Source: a virus (Duplodnaviria; Caudoviricetes). From it: 27,735 nt of DNA. Shown here one piece after another: positions 24,301-27,735 of this stretch (positions within the stretch are counted from its first letter, which is position 1; each line of letters begins with the position of its first letter). A model generated the notes under the pieces. That model was not told the origin of the DNA. It ran no database searches and saw only the letters and a program-made list of their open reading frames with translations. Where the stretch lies: positions 1-27,735 of IMG/VR virus record IMGVR_UViG_3300044513_003361. The stretch is one strand, 5' to 3'. Position numbers and translations under genes: made by a program.

Positions 24301-27300
24301 GAGACTATGTACAATATACTGGAACGGATGGTCTTTCTGTAAGAGCTCTTGTTCAATATGCAACAAAACCAGAAGGAACTAACAAGTCTAGAATTTATCT
24401 TGATAAGTCAATTCCAGAAGAAGTTGTAAATGGAAATATTGTTAAGATTGTTCCTAAGGTAGATAATTTTGCTCAAGGAACACTCATCTATCCTACTGGT
24501 AGTGGTCAAGTATCTTCAATTTCCAGAGGATCTGAGGACTCTAAAATTAAGTACTACTATAGAAGAGACTTTATCACAACGTCAACTACTAGTGGTAACT
24601 TCATTACATTCACTGCACAATTGCCATTTGGCACACAGAGATTTGTAACTTTTGATGAATCTAATTTCATCATGACAGTTCTTGATCCAGGTGATGCCAC
24701 AAACGTAAAGACAGGAGATGTAATTTACTTAACTTCTGATAATATTTCTACTACTAACACCACGGATCAAGCAAGTGGATTGAATGCTGGTTCTGTTGTT
24801 ATCAGTCTACCAACTAGTGTCTTCAATGCTTCATCAAATTTCCCCAAACTAAAACTCTCGGCAACTCTAGAACTAACAAAAGCACGTCCTAGAATTAAGA
24901 CGGCAGTTAAGAATAAGAGAGTCCTTATCAAGTCTGTTGGAGATAGAATTATTCCTATTCGTGGTGAAAACTACGATGATGAATCAACTGTTATTTCATC
25001 ATATGCTGACGCTTTTAGAGTTAGATATGTTTATGAAGGAACTTCTGTTGCACCACCAGATGTTGATACTGCAGGAAATCTTGTAGGAAATGGTAGTGAT
25101 ATCACAGAAAGATTTACTTTTGATGATGGACAAAGAGACACATATTATGATGTCTCAAGACTTGTTTTGAAACCAGGATATCCAGCACCGACTGGACAGT
25201 TAGTTGTTGCTTTTGATTATTTCGAGCATTCACAGGGAGATTTCTGTACTGTAGATAGTTATTCTCACGAAGCAGGCGTAACCCTAGAAGAGATCCCTAA
25301 TTTCAACTCCGCTGTTCATGGCATCGTTTCACTCAAGAACGTCCTTGACTTCAGACCAAAAGTAGACTCCACTTCATATGTAACTGGTTTTGCTAACGTT
25401 TCTTCTAGACAGCAACCAACTACAGTGTTTAGTGGAGAAGGCGGTGTTGTTTCTGTAACTCCAGCTCCAGATTCAAACTTAGAATTTACATTTAGTTTCA
25501 GTCAGTCAGAATTCCTCAACAGAATTGATGGAATTTTCTTAAACAAAAAGGGTCAGTTTGTTCTTAAGGAAGGTAACTCTTCACAGAACCCAACTCGTCC
25601 AGAACCTCTTGATGACGCTATTGCATTGTACTATATGTACATTCCTGCTTTCACAACCACAAGCAAGGATGTAAGAATTACTCCTGTAGATAACCGCAGG
25701 TATACAATGAGAGATATTGGAAAACTTGAGAAGCGTATTGAGCGTCTTGAGTATTACACAACTCTCAGTATTCTTGAGCAACAAGCACTCGGAATGCAGA
25801 TTCGTGATGAAATCGGATTTGATAGATTCAAGACTGGTTTTATCGTAGACAACTTCGAAACGCATTTAATTGGCGACATTTCTTCTGCCGATTATCTGTG
25901 TGCTATCGACACTCAGCAATCTGTTCTCAGGTGTCAGACAAATGAAGAATCATTTGCATTGAAAGAAGTAAACACTAGAGATGATCAAAGAGTTATTGAT
26001 GGATACCAGAAGACTGGAGACATCATAACTCTACCATATACGACGCTAGAATTACTGGGAAATAGTTTTGCAACTAAAACCATTAATCCAAATCCATTTG
26101 TTGCTCTTCAGTATGTTGGCGAAGGTCAACTAAATCCAAGAATTGATCCTTGGTATGATAAGAATGTAGAACCTTTGATTGTCGATAATAACACTCAACT
26201 ATATTCTATCTTCATTTCTAAGAATGAAATTAGAGATTCTTTCTCAAGTCTCTTCAATTCATTTATTGTTAATTGGATTGGATCGAAAGATTCATCTGGA
26301 GAGATCACTTCATTTGGAACTACTAATTCAGACTCCGCAAATTCTAAGGTACAAAGTGCTTCTGTTGCAAGTTCTTCTAATGTAAGTCCTAAGAATAATG
26401 AGATTGGAAAGGGTCTAACAACTGACTCTACGGAGAAAGGAACTGTAGCAACGTCTCTAAGATTCTTTGCTAGAAGCATTGCTGTCAAGTATGTTCTTAA
26501 GAGGATGAAGCCATCAACAAGACTTTATCCTTTCTTGGAAGGAACTGACATTTCTAGATGGGTAAATCCAGACAGTAAGTTTACTGGAATTGCTGCTAAC
26601 TCCCTGTCAGGATTTAATGGTCCAATTGTCACTGACGAAAATGGTAACGCTAGTGGTATCATTTTGGTTCCTGGCGGTTACGCACCTCTGCAAAATACCA
26701 CATGGACTGGCAGCCCAGAAACAGTCGAATACGATACTGCTTCTGAGCAGGTTAGAGTAACTACTGGAGTTAAGACATTTAAGTTTACTTCAAGTGCATC
26801 AAATGCACCCAAGGAAGAAGTAGATACTTACACAGAAGTTAAGTATTATGCAATTGGAAGACTCCCAGAAAATCCTGCAACTATTAATTCAACTTCCCCA
26901 TCTATCTTCAAAGCAAATGAAGGTGTACAAATTATTGATAGCGTAACTGACTTGGAGGCAAGACCTAATCCTCTTGCACAGACATTCAAGATTGAAAATT
27001 ATGAGGGTGGTTGCTTTGCTACTAGCGTTGATCTCTTCTTCAATAAAAAGAGTACAAATATTCCAATCAAAGTTTATTTGACAAATACTGAAAGTGATAA
27101 ACCAGGCAAGTACATTGTTCCTGGAACTGAAGTTGCTTTACTGCCAAATACAAGAATTCGTGTATTCACAAGTGGAACTCTGACAGTTACTATTGGAGAG
27201 ACTATTACTGGTTCCAGATCAAATTGCAGTGGTCCATTATCAAAAGTTCTTGATAGAAATAACAATGAACTAACGGCTTCTAGTTCTGGAGTTGTTACTT

Positions 27301-27735
27301 TAACAAATGATCAAGTATACACTTTTGTGTTGAGCAATCATAATGGTAAAACATTCGTTCAAAATGAAGGATTGATTATTGGATCATTGACAACTTACAA
27401 TGCCACCAACAACACAAGTCTTTCGGTAACCATTGCAAAAGATTCTGGTAAGGTTTCAGAGTTGTTAGTTAAAGAAACTGGCGGCAATTATGACTCAGCG
27501 ATTCTTTCTGTTGAAAGTCCACAGTTGCCTGGTGGTAGTGTTGCTAACGGCAGTGTAAATATTTCAGGTGGAGAAATTTACAATGCTGACGTAACACTAT
27601 TTGGTTCCGAGTACACCGCTCCACCATCAATCGTTGTTAAAGGCATTGGTAATGGCGCTGCTGGTGCTGTTATTGAGGCAAAGGTAACTATCGATACCCC
27701 AGCAGTTAGAATGGGCGTTGCAGTCGATTCTGCGG
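21303..27735 (+). CDS. large virion structural protein, DUF4815/VrlC-like (3' truncated by window, >2140 aa)
   Basis: MPQKTNLNVNPYYEDFD..LFRPG..QGRELTQLQSILQNQI N-terminus; NRRYTMRDIGKLEKRIERLEYYT..GFIVDNF near 25690; frame still open at the window end, which explains its absence from the ORF track. Confidence 0.88.
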   Translation, partial: MPQKTNLNVNPYYEDFDANKNFYKVLFRPGYSIQGRELTQLQSILQNQIESFGKYSFKQGELVIPGEVGLNNKLDYVKLSSVSEVAVNDGLGNIVYKKYDISQLHGRQLRGLTSGVIGNVVSSKNATETNADTLFVIYTTSGNANNETTFRQGETLEVIDGVNTPLMVVGTDGSVLPTAITVVDPDTGAESSVISPAMGFCSAVKVQEGIYFVNGYFVRNDDELLVIDPYYNAPSAKVGFLVTEDIVTPEEDESLYDNAIGSSNYTAPGAHRLKISLTLKKYELSTQTDKNFIQLLRVKRGVIEKKVVQADYSLLEQTLARRTYDESGDYVVDNFSIDIREYAQKEGNNGVYAVDSEGNYNGLSEQEASEKMIANVGPGKAYIRGYEIVNKETKTIEVSKARETLDSDNITIKTRGLPTYSVSNVSGSIPLNSEGSDLTSYPDVELYNIYNDALLGQNLDFVSGQRFTEDADERVFSINRRGSLFTDSDAIKTVTVEISQQDLVLKMNPANNAAPTIVFTDICDSNGNLYAVATRASGLPESYNSFKVIGFSIVTRPDASPGDQAKRFAEITLLGNKAELSALIEYDAEDDGERRFLFLGTSTGAGQGPVDSFTKTNGTILAGQSSQTYSDVTGVSSANGVGAKFNVERDGTGAIATVTLSDAGTGYTPTETITILGSSIGGVDTTDDIVITVASIVPVEKLGYIVDYNESVTPLIGTTKPSNFTLKRKGFGFNPDTDVVVSKGTLSSGEKAYNSVFGLSYFGPSFFTKITLEEQPSTGFGPGDYIIGSTSGAYGVVEGTSQSSFSSSGILMVRTLSGKFRSGEVLKDENDNAAKIARDNTISHFVTKYRGTGGYPQETDIKINGQTFDTSKVTVTTDTGGIGYVTYVKIRDRAAFNQTYSQPPVVTVTAGISNIALAARVDAILFRDTVVTYSPQDVKSFGAAFGSLGVNKFTADVESNDTTYANLVSVTEFTFSGKKGFKFLECNGFGGDATQFLKQGDYVQYTGTDGLSVRALVQYATKPEGTNKSRIYLDKSIPEEVVNGNIVKIVPKVDNFAQGTLIYPTGSGQVSSISRGSEDSKIKYYYRRDFITTSTTSGNFITFTAQLPFGTQRFVTFDESNFIMTVLDPGDATNVKTGDVIYLTSDNISTTNTTDQASGLNAGSVVISLPTSVFNASSNFPKLKLSATLELTKARPRIKTAVKNKRVLIKSVGDRIIPIRGENYDDESTVISSYADAFRVRYVYEGTSVAPPDVDTAGNLVGNGSDITERFTFDDGQRDTYYDVSRLVLKPGYPAPTGQLVVAFDYFEHSQGDFCTVDSYSHEAGVTLEEIPNFNSAVHGIVSLKNVLDFRPKVDSTSYVTGFANVSSRQQPTTVFSGEGGVVSVTPAPDSNLEFTFSFSQSEFLNRIDGIFLNKKGQFVLKEGNSSQNPTRPEPLDDAIALYYMYIPAFTTTSKDVRITPVDNRRYTMRDIGKLEKRIERLEYYTTLSILEQQALGMQIRDEIGFDRFKTGFIVDNFETHLIGDISSADYLCAIDTQQSVLRCQTNEESFALKEVNTRDDQRVIDGYQKTGDIITLPYTTLELLGNSFATKTINPNPFVALQYVGEGQLNPRIDPWYDKNVEPLIVDNNTQLYSIFISKNEIRDSFSSLFNSFIVNWIGSKDSSGEITSFGTTNSDSANSKVQSASVASSSNVSPKNNEIGKGLTTDSTEKGTVATSLRFFARSIAVKYVLKRMKPSTRLYPFLEGTDISRWVNPDSKFTGIAANSLSGFNGPIVTDENGNASGIILVPGGYAPLQNTTWTGSPETVEYDTASEQVRVTTGVKTFKFTSSASNAPKEEVDTYTEVKYYAIGRLPENPATINSTSPSIFKANEGVQIIDSVTDLEARPNPLAQTFKIENYEGGCFATSVDLFFNKKSTNIPIKVYLTNTESDKPGKYIVPGTEVALLPNTRIRVFTSGTLTVTIGETITGSRSNCSGPLSKVLDRNNNELTASSSGVVTLTNDQVYTFVLSNHNGKTFVQNEGLIIGSLTTYNATNNTSLSVTIAKDSGKVSELLVKETGGNYDSAILSVESPQLPGGSVANGSVNISGGEIYNADVTLFGSEYTAPPSIVVKGIGNGAAGAVIEAKVTIDTPAVRMGVAVDSA

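Noticed and set aside
7289-27265. Short alternative-frame and antisense ORFs inside gp6, gp7, gp8 and the DUF4815 gene
   Set aside because: Expected by-products of codon bias in long genes; no promoters, SDs or motifs

Overview
Segment of a T4-like cyanomyovirus (Kyanoviridae-type cyanophage) genome; all real genes appear to lie on the + strand. Bases 1-3810 are an early, hypervariable array of about 13 small ORFs. Most sit behind a recurring imperfect palindrome (GTGnCAGTT-N4-AACTGnCAC) whose right arm starts 38-40 nt upstream of a sigma70-type -10 box. Many of these transcripts look leaderless or have SD-less, CA-rich leaders. The array includes two KTSC-like proteins, several very acidic proteins and an orphan HicA-like toxin missed by the ORF track. 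A free-standing HNH endonuclease flanked by imperfect A-tract direct repeats separates this array from the late structural module. That module has NATAAATA late promoters and encodes a PAAR spike, gp25, gp6, a 3467-aa gp7-like wedge protein, gp8 and a DUF4815/VrlC-like protein that runs off the window end. The most striking observation is inside the gp7-like protein: two tandem helical repeats resembling phycobiliprotein subunits, one keeping a KCRRDIG motif like the phycocyanin chromophore-attachment site. This suggests a possibly bilin-binding, light-absorbing virion baseplate. All family calls are by-eye motif recognition and need HMM or structure confirmation.
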